This document shows, piece after piece, positions 17,172-31,505 of a DNA stretch of 64,000 nt. Source of the DNA: the human T2T-CHM13v2.0 reference genome, Homo sapiens. The position numbers and the translations under genes were made by a program. The notes below the pieces were generated by a model, which saw only the letters and a list, made by a program, of their open reading frames with translations, ran no database searches and was not told the origin of the DNA. Every line of letters starts with the position of its first letter. The stretch's first letter is position 1. The stretch lies in the NCBI RefSeq assembly GCF_009914755.1, contig NC_060925.1; one strand, 5' to 3'.

Positions 17172-17344
17172 ATCAGAGAATCTTGCTCCCTAATTTGATG
17201 ATAAAAGATATCTGCATGTTATTTCTGCTTAACACCCTATTTCACTTTATCACAAGGTGAATGAATCTGCTGCATAATATTCATAATATGCATTTTAGAA
17301 TAAATGTATCCCTACTCATTATTTAGAGGATGAAAAATTACAAT

Positions 17345-18463
17345 CATTCCACTGAACTGGAAGTTAAGACAGCCACCCAGCCACTTTGGGCTCCTCACAC
17401 CTCTGAATCAATAGGCAAGGAAGGGAGTTACAGTGTTGGCTGGGGTAATTGATCCTGCCCAAGAGGAACTGGAACTGCTACACAATGGAGGTAAGGAGGA
17501 GTATGTCTGGCTTAAGGAGATCCCTTAGGACATCTCTGTACCCTGCCCTGTGATTACAGTCGATAAAAATGACAACAATCCATACAGGACTATGAATGGC
17601 CCACACCCCTGAAGAATGAAGGTCTGGGTCACCCCACCAGGTAAACCACGATCAGCTTGCGAGATGAGTGCAAAGGGAATACAGAATGGGTAGTGGAAAG
17701 AGGCAACCATGAATACCAGCAACCACCATGTGACCAGCTACAGAAACGAGGACTGTAATTGTTGTATTTCTTGTTTTGTTACGAATGTTTTGGTGTGAAT
17801 ATCTATATATAGATATATAAAAAGAAAATATCTTCGCATTCTTTCCTTTCTCGTTCCCTTATCATGGAACATCGGATTACTGACTTTATTTTTTTGAGAT
17901 GGAGTCTCGCTCCGTCACCCAGGCTGGAGTACAGTGGCGCGATCTCGGCTCATTGCATCCTCTGCCTCCTGGGTTCAAGTGATTGTCCTGCCTCAGCCTA
18001 TTGAGTAGCTACAGGCGTGTGACACCACGCTCAGCTAATTTTTGTATGTACATATATATATATATATGTATTTTTTTTTTAGTAGAGATGAGGTTTCATC
18101 ATGGTGGCCAGGTTGGTCTTGAGCTCCTGACTTTAAGTGATATACCCATCTCAGCCTTCTGAAGTGCTGGGATTAAGGGTGTGAGCCACTGTGCCTGGCC
18201 AGATTACTGACTCCATATCATAGTATTTAAGTATTGTTAACTTTACCTCACCGTATCAAAATTATGGAATATCACGGAGAGGAGTAAACATCATCCAAGG
18301 ACTTTGCATTCTCCTCCGGGGAAAAGGTTAGTGTGTTTTTTGGTTGTACACAGGATAATTTTATTAGGTTAGGTGGAAGTATGAACTTGTTATTCTCTTT
18401 ATTTGGAGATTAAGTATGGAATAAGGAGATGCATACAGGTGCCAAGTTAATAAGGAGTGGACT
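17345..18463 (+). mobile_element. ERV-L internal remnant (3' pol/dUTPase-like region), interrupted by a minus-strand Alu at 17885-18200 (TSD GATTACTGACT)
   Basis: Decayed frame IPLNWKLRQPPSHFGLLTPLNQ*ARKGVTVLAGVIDP...LLHNGGKEEYVW...MKVWVTPPGK is characteristic of ERV-L. Confidence 0.85.
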
Positions 18464-18894
18464 TGTGAGGTTACTTTTACATGTCAAACTGTGGGGGGGC
18501 CCACGGCACACAGATATTCAGTCAAACATTATTTTAAATGTTTCTGTGAAGGTATTTTTTTTTTTTTAGATGAGATTAACACATTTAAGTCAGTAGACTT
18601 TGAGTAAAGCAGATTACCTTCCATAAAGTGTGGGCCTCATCCAATCAATCAATCAATCAGTTTAGGCTTTAATAGAAAAAGACTTATCTTCCCCTAGTAG
18701 AAGGAATTCTGCCAGCAGAGAGCCTTTGGATTTGAACTGCAACACTAACTCTTTCCTGGGTCTCCAGCCTGCTGGCCCGCCCTGATTTTGAATGTGCCAA
18801 GCCTCCACAATTGCATGGAACAATTCCTTAAAGTAAACCTCTACATATCCATCCTGTTGGCTCTTGGCTGTTTCTTTCGAGAACTGTGACTAGA
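18464..18894 (+). mobile_element. MLT2-type LTR (3' LTR of the ERV-L)
   Basis: Purine tract then TGTGAGGTTACTTTTACATGTCAAACT...AGACTTTGAGTAAAGCAGATTACCTTCCATAA...GAGAACTGTGACTA. Confidence 0.85.
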
Positions 18895-21662
18895 TTTTGG
18901 TTTTTCTTTTCCCTTTGTTTTTTATTGGGATGAAGGATTGTTTTCAATTCCTTAGAAACAAAATTTCAGGCTCCTTTTCTAAAATGAGAGGCATTTCAAT
19001 TGAGTAAGTTTAGAAAAAAACCTAGCTATCAAGAAATAGTGATGTACTACTTTAAAACTTACTGAAATTCACTGTTGCTTCAGCTCATAGGTTCAAAATT
19101 GCTTAATTGCTCTCTCTTGTCTGAAGAGAACAGTATGCTGGGTATAAAACAAAAAAACTGATCAATTTGGAAGAAGGTGAGATTCAGAATTCTAACTCCC
19201 ATTTTAAATTATTCCCTTGCAATCTAACATACTCTGTATTTTACTGAAAGTGTACTCACTTAAAATATATTTTTTTCTAACTGCAAAAGTAACAAACATA
19301 TCCTCTGAAAGTACACTTTTTCTTCCTTCTATCTACCCACTGAAATGTAATGAATGCCTACCTGGTGCCCAACTCTACTGGCGGTAAATGAGAGAACAAT
19401 GGAGTTTTTCATGAGTTCATGGAAATTAGTAGTAAAAAGGATACTAAATTAAACAAAACTAATCCTGTCGGTCCTCATTCTCCTCTACCTTTCTTCAAGG
19501 TTTGGCTCTATTGACTAGCACTCCTCTGTCCTTTATTCTGAAAGCCCACACTACTTGGTCCTGTCGTCACTCCCTTTTTGGTTCCTCTTCCTCCTGTCAA
19601 TCCTCAAATGCTCATTTCACTTTAAAGAATTAACACTGGGTGTGTGCCTCTTAGGAGCCAGGTACTTTGCATCCATGATCATGTTTAAGAGTCACAGCTG
19701 GCCCTGGTTCAAATCCAGAGGTTGCTTGACTCCAAAGGCTGTGTTCTTCCCACTACACCTCCTGAAGAATAGGACCTACGGCAATAGGTGAGCTCACAGA
19801 ATCTCTCATCTACAGACAACCTGTGGAGGAAAAATACATTCAGGTGGATATAGACATAGATACTCTTATATCTTTCCCTAGTATCTTCCTTTGAGATTTT
19901 ATCACTTCTTAAGACTTTAATTTGCATCTCCATGTAGCTGATGCTACATGTTCTTTATTACAAGTCTTTATCTTTCTCCTAAATCCTAGCCTCAAATTTC
20001 CCACTGCAAGCTATGCAGTAGGATGCCACTGTCATGACAATTTAACAAACATAAACCCTTCTGACTTATTTATTTTCAATAAATCTTCATCTCCACTCCA
20101 GTCTTAAAGCCTGAGCCATCGTCACCTCTTCTTCCTCCTTTACTCCTGAGCCTTGGAGATTCCACCTTGCTAATTTAACTATGAAATAAAGCTCCTGCCT
20201 TCCAGTTCCACAATGCTGTCAAATTCTGGTCCTTTCTCACCTCATTTCTCAAGATTGCCAAGCACTTTAATTCACAGTCAGTCTCCCTGCCATTCCTCTT
20301 ACAAATAATTTTACAAACTGCTTTCAGACTAATATTCATTGATCTCCAGCCTGAAACCCCCATTCACAACAAAGCCTTAGTTGTTCCTGTACAGTCGTCA
20401 AGCCTGCCTTTTTGCTCATGTTATTTCTTACCCAAATTACTCCTCTTCCTCCTCCTCTTCCAGTCTACTGAAACTCAATCCATCCTTCAAGTGCTGACTT
20501 AAAGCCTACCTCCTGCTCAGTAAAGCCTTCTCTGACTACCGCCAACCAAATCACTTTCTCCTTTCATTCTGAATGCAATTCCTATATGATTCAGCAATTG
20601 ATCTCATGCTGGTCTGTGAAAGTGCTTCTGTGATATTCAAATTTTATGTAAAAACTTTTACCTATAGTGTTTTTATGCTAGGACTGCTTCTAAAATAGAT
20701 TAATGAGTATATCTTACACTTTATCTTGGTGATCAGGAAATAACTATTCATTTGATTTGGTTAACTGCTCTTCAGAGACCTGAGGGTAGAGAAAAATATT
20801 CCAGGAGCAGCAGTCCAAAGTGATCAATATATATTAACCCCTTTAAAATAATGATCCTTTAAACCAAAGGATTAAAGAATCAAATTACAGACAAAATAAC
20901 AGACAACTTTCTCAGTTCAGAAATAAAGTAAGAACTTAAAGGAAATGGTTGATAGACTATAATCTTTTGAAATGTAAAGTTCTGGCCAAACAATCCTTGT
21001 GGTAATAATTTTTAATGGTAAACGACGAGTATACAGTAATCAATATATAAACCAAAATAATACACCTGGCCTTACACACGCATAGAATTATCCTAGTTTT
21101 ACCTGGCCCCCATAATGGTATTTTAAAGCAAAGAATCTATATTTACTATAGTCTACAGTTGGAGAAAATGGTCAAAATATTACAGGAAATAAGGGTTACA
21201 AAATAAAACCCTCTAGTGGGGTTATCTTATCAGTTTCATGGTTGTTGGGTGACAGAATTCATAAGTAGAGAATAGTCTGTTTAATAGTTACAAAAACGAA
21301 AAATCATGAAAATTAAGGCTTTAGTAAAATGACTCTATTATGTTTGAAAAAAAGGAAGTTCCATTAATTCTGCATATCATATAAATCTTAAATATTTCAG
21401 TGCAGTGATCAATTTCCACTAAGGATAAAAAAAGAAAAACCGAATTTATAATAAGGGTTTCTTTCATTGAGAGGTAAGAACTTAGAGATATTTTTTATCA
21501 TTGGCATTGGTTTCTGAGGCTTTAAGCAACTTGCAGAAAAATTTAACTCAGTTTTTAGAAAGTTATTTTACTCAGTTAAAAAAATATGATATTAATCTCT
21601 CCATGACAGATTTATTTTCACCATACTAGTGGTGGGGAAGCTGGTTTAGAAACAAATGTCTT

Positions 21663-21962
21663 GGCTGGGTGTGGTGGCTTGTGCCTACAATCTCAGCACT
21701 TTGGGAGGCCAAGATGGGAGGACTGCTTGAGGCCTGGAGTTTGAAACCAGCCTGGGCAACACAGTGAGACCCTGTCTCTACAAAAAAATTAAAAAAAATT
21801 AGCCAGGTGTTGTGGCACATGCTTGTGGTCCCAGCTACTCAGGAGGCCGAGATGGGAGGATCACTTGATCTCAGAAGGTCAAGGCTGCAGTGAGCCGTGA
21901 TCATGCCACTGCACTCCTGCCTGGGCAACAGAACAATACCGTCTCAAAAAAAAGAAAAAGAA
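21663..21962 (+). mobile_element. Alu (J-like)
   Basis: Alu consensus. Confidence 0.95.
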
Positions 21963-22913
21963 GCAAATTATCTGGCTTCTTTGAGCCTGTCTCCTTCATT
22001 CGTTCAGCCTGTATTTATGTTAAGTGCTGACTACATGCCAGGATATATATTGTCCTAAGATATATTGATATGGTCCCCGCCCTCATGGAGCATATAGTCT
22101 AATGAGGAAAACAGACACAAAAGTAAATCACCAAATGTATAATTTTAATAGTGGTATATTCTGACTCATGACAGTGAGATGGCTCTTGTCATGGTCATGA
22201 CTTATTTCTATTATGAGTGACACTCAGATGACCCTAATGACATTACATACATTTTTGTATTTTTTTAATCACTGAAGCATAGGTGTATAATAAAATAAAC
22301 TCAATGGCATAATTTTATTGCTACAGAACTGTAATGATTTTTGCAGTGAAGTATTAATACACTCGGTTGATTGCTAAAGTGAGTTATCCTGGTGTAAATT
22401 TTTATGTTCACATCCCTTTCCGATTTATCTTCTGGGGCTCTTAATGTTTTTCTTCCTAATGTTCTACAGTATCTTTTTTATTCTTATCTCAAGTGGTCAT
22501 TCTGCCACTCAAAAACTGGTCTAAATGACAACTTCTAGCATTTTTGCCTGTTCATTCATAAGGACTATTTACTTGCACTTTTGGAAATACGGGGCAAAGA
22601 CCATTGTGAAATGTACTATATTATTAGTAGAGATGTCATGTACATTTCAAATGTGCTGTATTTAAGGATGCTTCTCTGCATAGCTGACAGTTTTTACTTA
22701 TTCAATACAAGTCACAAGTCACTGTGCTGAAGGCCATGAATAAAACAGTGAATAAAACACCCAGAGCTCTGCCCTTGTAAACTTAAACCTCGTGATTGAA
22801 CTCTTCAGGAATTCCAATAGACCATAAGTTTGAATGCAAGAACTGTGTTAAGAGTACCTTCGAATCCCTAGTACCTCAAACCAATTGTGGAATATAGTTG
22901 GTTCTGAGGGAAA

Positions 22914-23015
22914 TCTGCATTACTCTATTTTTTAATTTTTCTTTTTACCGCTCCTTGTGGAGCAGGGCTAACTCACAAGCAGTGTGCCCAAAGTTGGTCT
23001 GTATTACTCTGTTTT
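22914..23015 (-). mobile_element. Very short retroposed insert (~53-nt body plus A-rich tail) with 16-18 bp TSD
   Basis: TCTGCATTACTCTATTTT (22914-22931) and TCTGTATTACTCTGTTTT (22998-23015) flank a T-rich tract and a GC-richer body. Confidence 0.75.
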
Positions 23016-23050
23016 CTTAAAAAGAAAAGGTTCTAGAGCTGAGTACTTAC

Positions 23051-23155
23051 CAGTGAGAAAATTCCGCAGTCGTCCAAACTGTACTTCATATTGCTGGGGT
23101 TCTGCCTGGCAAGGGGCTGCAGACACTATGTTGGCACAACCAGATTCTGATTGCA
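23051..23155 (-). CDS. TAF5L: TAF5L coding exon (aa 48-82)
   Basis: Acceptor TTTAG|TG at 23155, donor G|GTAAGT at 23051; 105 nt; VQSESGCANIVSAAPCQAEPQQYEVQFGRLRNFLT. Confidence 0.97.
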
Positions 23156-25984
23156 CTAAAGAGGAGAAGATACACAAGTCAGGGCGGGAAACAGAGAGAC
23201 GATTATTAACCCAGTATGTGGCAGGATGGGTGAAGGAGGGTGTTGTGCACACACGCACAGCAACTGACATTTCAGCAGGTTTCCAAAGCATGCTGGGTCC
23301 TGGTTAAACATGACAGACTGATGACACTTGTTTCTCTCCCCTCCCTCCTGAAGCCCAATAAAATGAAGGCCAGGGAAGGAAAGGCATAAAGCACAGGATA
23401 AGGTGAATGAGAGAGGACAGGTACATCAATCCATGAGATTCATCAGGAAATGTTTGATCCTATGTTCTGACATTTCACAGGTGCCTTGGTGTGGGTTCAT
23501 TGTCAATCACTGTGCTGGGCACTTAGTGGGCCCTTTCAATCTGGAAATTCATGTCTTCTAGTTCTGTGAAGTTTTCTGGAATCATTTTGATAATTCCCTA
23601 TCTTCCAAGACTCCTACAATTTCAAGGTCGGATATCCTGAACCAATCCTTTAATTTTTTTCTCCTATTACTCCATTTCTTTGTCTTTTTGCTCTACTTTC
23701 TGAAAGCCTTCCTCACCCTTCAGCCCTTCTACTATTTCCCCCTACATTACTTATAATACCTAATGAGTTTTTATTTTTTACTATCATGTATCTAATTGGT
23801 AACTTTTTTCATTCTCAACATTCTCTTTTCCCCTAAACACGCTATGCTTTTTGAATCTTAAGTATTTAAAACAAGGTATTTTTGAAGTTTTCTTCTGTTT
23901 CTTTCCATCTGCCCTTCTTATGAGATATGTTTCTTCTAGGGTTCAATGGCCCCTGGCTGTCTTACGGTGAGGCACTCTGGGTGGTGAGGCTCATCCTCCA
24001 GGGTGACCAGGGTGAGCAATGTCCCAACATCACTGTCTTTTCGTCTTTCTTCTTGGGCAAGTTGGACTCACCAGGGAAGGATTGTTTACTTGCCTTCCTG
24101 GAGCATGTGTGCCTGGCTGCAGTATTCCGGGCATATGAATTGGTGCAGGGGAAACAAGGCTGGAGTCCCAATATTCAGTATGTAAACACACACTTAATCT
24201 CCAATCTGTGAGTTTATGCTTTCTAAAAACAAAAAACAAAAACCATTCTCCTCCTGTTTACAAGAGGAGTGGGGAACACCGGGGAAAGAAGGTGGCTAAA
24301 AACCAAGGGAAGCCACCTTTAACCGCGTCCTGAATGAAACATGAATGCATTTTGTCAATGGAATATGGATGGAGAAATGGTGATGAATGTGGCAGGACTG
24401 AGGGCGCCATAACAGGAAATACGTAGAAAGGGAAACACAGGTGAGAGGAAAGCCAACCTACTCCAGGAGAAGGAAGAGACAGTCAGAAGAGAGGACCTGC
24501 TGCAAGCCTGCATGCAAGGGAGGGACTCCTCCTCCTTCTTCTTGCCCCCCGCTTAGTTACTCTGTCACTAAGTCCTACAGATTCCTAAAATATATCCTCT
24601 CCTCTCCACTCCCATTACCACTTCCTCAACTGAGGCTGTCCTCACTTCTCACTGGACTGCGTCTTTTAACTAGTTTCCTCGATTCTAATCTGGGCTGCCT
24701 TATCAATACTGCCACCAGACTGAGTTTTCTAAAATTCACATTTGAAAACCTGGATACCCTCCTCCAATTTGTTCCCTGGTAAACATCTAATGGTTCCTTT
24801 GCAACTCAGCTCACTCTTTCAACTATTTAGTGACCCCCAACTATATGTCAGGAATCACAAGGCCTTTTGGGGATCCTTCCTTGGCTTGCCAGCCTAATTT
24901 GGATGATCTTTTCTGCTACCACTGAACCTCCCCCTCACAGAACTTACTACCTCATGCTCTTCTACAATCACTGACTTACCTGCCTCACTTCCCAATTAGA
25001 ACACTTAGCTTCTCAGAGCTAGGGTCAAATCGTAGCTATCTCTAGAACTTTTCAGCACTTGGCCTATAGCAGATGTTCACTAAATGTCTGCTGAAAAAAG
25101 AATTCTTCAGATTACTCAATTAATGGAAAAATCTAGGACAAAATCTTCTGATAATCATATTTCATGTTTCTCACTTTTCCTGGTGGTTTTCCAGCAATAA
25201 CACTTTCTCCTAATAAGCTATTCTATTGAAACTAAGACAACTTAGACGAGCAAAGTTCTGGAAGTCTGTTTAATATTGTTCATTCCTACTTTCTATCAAC
25301 AACAGCAAGAATTACTGCTCTCTGGTTCCAAAGGATGCAGGGCAGCAGATTTTTTAAATGGCTAGGATGGCATGTTCAGAAGGAATTACTCTTACAATGG
25401 GACAGAGGCCTTGTAAATGGACTCCCCTATTCAAACAATAAGGCACTTAGTATTCTATACCAAGGCCATCATCTGGCCCTGTTTTGGTCAAGGGTATCTC
25501 TGAGGAGTTTGAAGGCAAGGAATAATGGGTGGATCCAACCCTGAAATACGTGATGGCAGGCTGCTGACTGGGCTTCTGTTAGTGTTTCAGAGGAAGTCAG
25601 GAACCACTCCTTTGAGAGCATCCTCAGGTTGTTACTGTCCTAGCACTCTCTTCCTATGGCAATGAACCCTGGGTCCTTGACTTTGAAGGTATATGAAAAG
25701 AGGGAGCTGAGGTAACTGCGGCTACTAGGATGGAGGATGAAACCATTAAGAAATGGAGCACGTGGTGAAAGATATTTGGAAGATCACAGAAAGCCCAGGA
25801 ACAAAGAAGAGAGAAGAATGTAGCCTGAGCATATAAGAAAGGGAACCAGGGCTGAGCTGCAGAAATCACTGCTAACTCCACCTCCACACACAGCCATTGA
25901 AGTAGTTTATAATCACCCTAAAGTATCCCAGCAATTTTTTTTCCCCCAGAATCACTAGTAAATAAGTTCAGTAAAAGAAAGTCC

Positions 25985-26322
25985 TGTTACACAGTGGCTC
26001 ACACCTGTAATCCCAGCACTTTGGGAGGCCAAGGTGGGAGGATCACTTGAGGCCAGGAGGTCATGACTAGCCTGGACAACATGGTAAGACCCCACCTCTA
26101 ACAAGAATAACAAGCAAAAAAAAAAAAAAAAATTAGCCAGGTGGTTGTGCATGACTGTGGTCCAAGCTACTTGGTAGGCTGAGATGGAGGATCACTTGAG
26201 CCTGGGAAGTTGAGGCTGCAGTGAGCTGTGACTGCATCACTGCATTCCAGTCTGGGTGATGGAGAGAGACTCTGTCTCAAAAAAAAAAAAAAAAAAGAAG
26301 AAAGAAGAAGAAGAAGAAGAAA
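25985..26322 (+). mobile_element. Alu (J-like) with A then (GAA)n tail
   Basis: Alu consensus; tail A18 followed by about 8 GAA units. Confidence 0.9.
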
Positions 26323-26375
26323 GTCATAAAGTCATATTACATAAAAACATGAACTCACAAAATAGCTAACAATTA

Positions 26376-26721
26376 CAGTCGGCCCTCTGTATCTGTGGGT
26401 TTCACATTCATGGATTCAAACAACTGCAAGTCAAAAATATTTGGGGAAAAAAACCACCAAAGTCCCAAGAAGCAAATTTTGAATTTACCAGGTGCTGAAT
26501 ACTATGATGAATCCATGTGAATGAGGTGATATGTAGGCTGTATTAGGAATTATAAGTAATCTAAAGACAATTTAAAGAATACAGGAGGATGTCTGTAGAT
26601 GTAACCTGCTATGCCAAATATTATACCACATCTTATCAGGCAGGAACTTGAGTATCCGTGGATTTTGGTATTCATGGAGGGGTCCTGGAACCAATCCTTT
26701 ATGGATACTGAGGGATGACTA
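26376..26721 (-). mobile_element. MER2-family Tigger-derived MITE
   Basis: TA-flanked TIRs CAGTCGGCCCTCTGTATCTGTGG ... ATGGATACTGAGGGATGACT; about 345 bp. Confidence 0.85.
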
Positions 26722-27288
26722 TACTTATTAATCCAGATGGAGTCAACTCAAGTTTTTCTAAAATAGAATCGGATTTCAAAACATTAAAAAACAAAAACAA
26801 ATTAAAAAAACTTCAGGAATGTGTCTATAATAATAATAATATTTCCAACTACAGATCCTGAAGTACCAATTTATTCAACAAACCTGACTTCTACATGTGA
26901 GGCTCCATGCTGGAGGAGAGGGGACCTGTGCAAGAAGGGGACAGAGGGAGACCCTGTCCCTAAGGGTCTTGTAGGTTAATTGTTTACAGAAGGAAAAAGT
27001 TGCACGTACTTTCAGGTACAGATAAAGTAACTGAGAAGTCCTGAGGAAGGAAATGACTTTAGCCAGGGGAATCACAGAGGTTATCAGAAGTGACAATGTG
27101 AGCACCGCTCTAAATGACAGACAGGGTCTCTGAGGCCAACATCATTCACTTAACGTAGCTCACTGAGGTTTTTGGTCAGTCTGCTCTCTCTGGCACTGTC
27201 TTGAGAAGAGGAGAAGTAATTCCACATGGATATTGACGTGAGTTCTCCTGCTCCAGGCTCACCCCACCAGACGAGCCCCCACCATTAC

Positions 27289-27430
27289 CTGTTAGATTGG
27301 CCGCCATCTCTTCAGCAGTCTGTGACAGCCGCAGTCCTTGCTTCAGGGGACCATCTGAGTCCACGTACTGCCGGCGTTTGAGGTAGCAGGACACTGCCAT
27401 CTGAATCTGCTCGGTACGCACTCGTTTCAT
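27289..27430 (-). CDS. TAF5L: TAF5L first coding exon (exon 2; aa 1-47)
   Basis: Acceptor TTGAAG|GTC at 27433, ATG at 27430, donor G|GTAATG at 27289; MKRVRTEQIQMAVSCYLKRRQY...; the four exons sum to 1770 nt = 589 aa plus stop. Confidence 0.97.
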
Positions 27431-27913
27431 GACCTTCAAGGGAGGCAACGACAGGATACAGAGACATCAGGGGCCTGGGAGAGCAACCTATCTAACTGCA
27501 CCATCGCAGATGGGTAGGACACATGGGAGAGAAAGACCAGCCAGGTGGCTAAGTGGCCTAGTTAAGACGCAAATCTAAGTTCCCTAATACCAACGTGGTA
27601 TACTCTTCCATTTTGTCTGTTTCTCCAATGACAATACAGCCAACTTCAATTACAGAAAATAGGAAAAGCATCGATAATAAAGTCCTTAGATCACCCCCAA
27701 ACTCTGTTTAATACCAAGATTCCAATCAGCCCCATGAAACTTTTCATTAGAGAAGCTAACAAAGAGCAAACAGGGCCAGTCTGAAATTTAGGGCCTTTGA
27801 TTTCTCCTGCCTACTCTGTGAGAGAGGCGTTAATTAGCAGTGAACTAGCCAAAAAAGCAGGCAGGAGGCAGTGCCAAATCAAAGACCACAGAAACTGGAT
27901 AAATAGATGTTAA

Positions 27914-29468
<1,555 letters not shown>

Positions 29469-31348
29469 TTATTTTTCTTTAAACATAAAAAAATTATTTG
29501 TATCTAATTTTCGTCCATCTGCAGTTTCTTTTAGTGTATGTGTGGTGAATAACCAAACAAATGTTTTGCCCAGTGACTGTAGCTAACACACTGTCCCAAT
29601 ACCATTTGCAAGTAATTATTTCCTTCTAAACTGATTTGTGGGAGCCCTTTAAAAATATACTCTGAAGACCTACTTTTCAATTCCCTACAAGTCATACAAC
29701 AGAGCAAACTGTGAAGGCTAGAGACATACTCACAAGTATATATACATGTAAATATAAAATGTTAGGACATTATATATATATTAAACTATATGCCCAGAAA
29801 GATTACATTATCTGTGCATTTTATTTCTAGGTTGCCAAAGAGTTCAAAATATTTGTTACAAAGAAGGGGTACTAGGTGTGTGATTGTTAAAAAGAAGGAA
29901 CACTATGGTTGTGAATCAGTGACATAATGAAACACAATAATAAATTTCCAAATACTGAACTCTCTTCTCACTATGAAATTTACCTTGCTTGGGTATGGTG
30001 TATTATTCTCTCACTGTATTGATGACTTAGGTTACTTTTTAATTAAGCTGTTTTTTTAAATTGCTAATACAGGGATTCTGATACTCTGAGAGTGGGGTCC
30101 CTGCTCCCATTCTCTGTGGCCACTGATCAGCACTGCTCTATCAGTGATCCTCCAACCTGGCTATACATAAGAATCCCATGAGTGTGTGGATATGTATATA
30201 AATAATTTCAGCCCTGCAGATTCTGGTTGTGTTATATTTAGAGTAAAAAAGTTAAATGCACACGGAGGCTGTGACAGTACTGTCCTTTCCCGTGTGGCCC
30301 AAAGTCAAGACGAGTCAATCCAACCAGTGCCTCTTCCTATCACTTGCTACAGCTGCTTTTCATCTAACTTCAAGATCTCCTACTCTGCGGGCTTTCCCAA
30401 AGCAGCCCAATTCCCTACTCTAGCTGAGACTGAAATCTTTCCGGCTTCCACACTGCCGATCTTTTGCTGACTTGGGAATGCATGCAAATATTGATGCACA
30501 TCCGTGAGCATTCCAGGCAGATGGGCCTCGATCTCTTAGATCACCTCTGACAGGAAAAAACTCTGCATGTGAAAGACACGTGAATGACTGATCTGGAGAA
30601 CAGGCTCTGCAATGACACAGTGTCCTCAAGGTGCGACAATATACCTATGTGTCTGAGGAGGAAGGGAAAAGATGTGAAGTTAGGAAAGAGTAAACAGAAC
30701 GGAGTAAGAATGAATGATAGTCAACACTGACCATATTTAAGATTGCTAGAAACTAGTCTGTAATACTGATTCTAACAAATATGCTTAAATTAGCTGCCCC
30801 AAATAGCAATTTCTCTGAGTCCAAACTACCATTTATGATAAGGGCGCTTCCCTGAGGGTGGGTGGTGAATCAACTGTATGGCCATGGATCTTAAGGGCAG
30901 GAATTCTGGCAATGACTCTCTTGCATAACCACGCTAAACTCAAATACTAGAGACACGACCCAATCAACTCAGCTGGGTTTTATTCCAATGTACATATATT
31001 TCAAGTGACATGGATAATTAATGAACCTGAGATAAATCGGTCCCCTCCACCCAGACTGATTTCCAGAGTACTAATATCCAAAAAGGGACAAGTGAAGAAA
31101 AAAAACTCTCCTTAAACTAGACCTAAGTCTCTGGAGAGACTCATACATGAGACGAACAGTGCAGTTTCGTTACCTGCCTAGCTTTTCCTATAATTATAAA
31201 ATCTTTCAAACTGAAATTGGATTTAAATATAATTATACTCTTTGTTAACATTTCAGAATTTCTCATCATTTTCAATTTATATAAAATACTTAACTTTCAG
31301 AGGTAAAAACAGATGTCAAATACTCTGCTCTTCATATCACATTATTGA

Positions 31349-31505
31349 TATTTCTGGAAATCAAAAATTTCTGGAGGATTTTGACACAATGTATATCTAT
31401 TCTCATGTATCAACAGTTGCCAGATTGGTATTTCTGGAAATCAAAAATTTCTGGAGGATTTTGACACAATGTATATCTATTCTCATGTATCAACAGTTGC
31501 CAGAT
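31349..31505. repeat. Perfect 77-bp tandem duplication with 3-bp spacer (period 80)
   Basis: 31349-31425 is identical to 31429-31505, separated by TGG. Confidence 0.95.
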
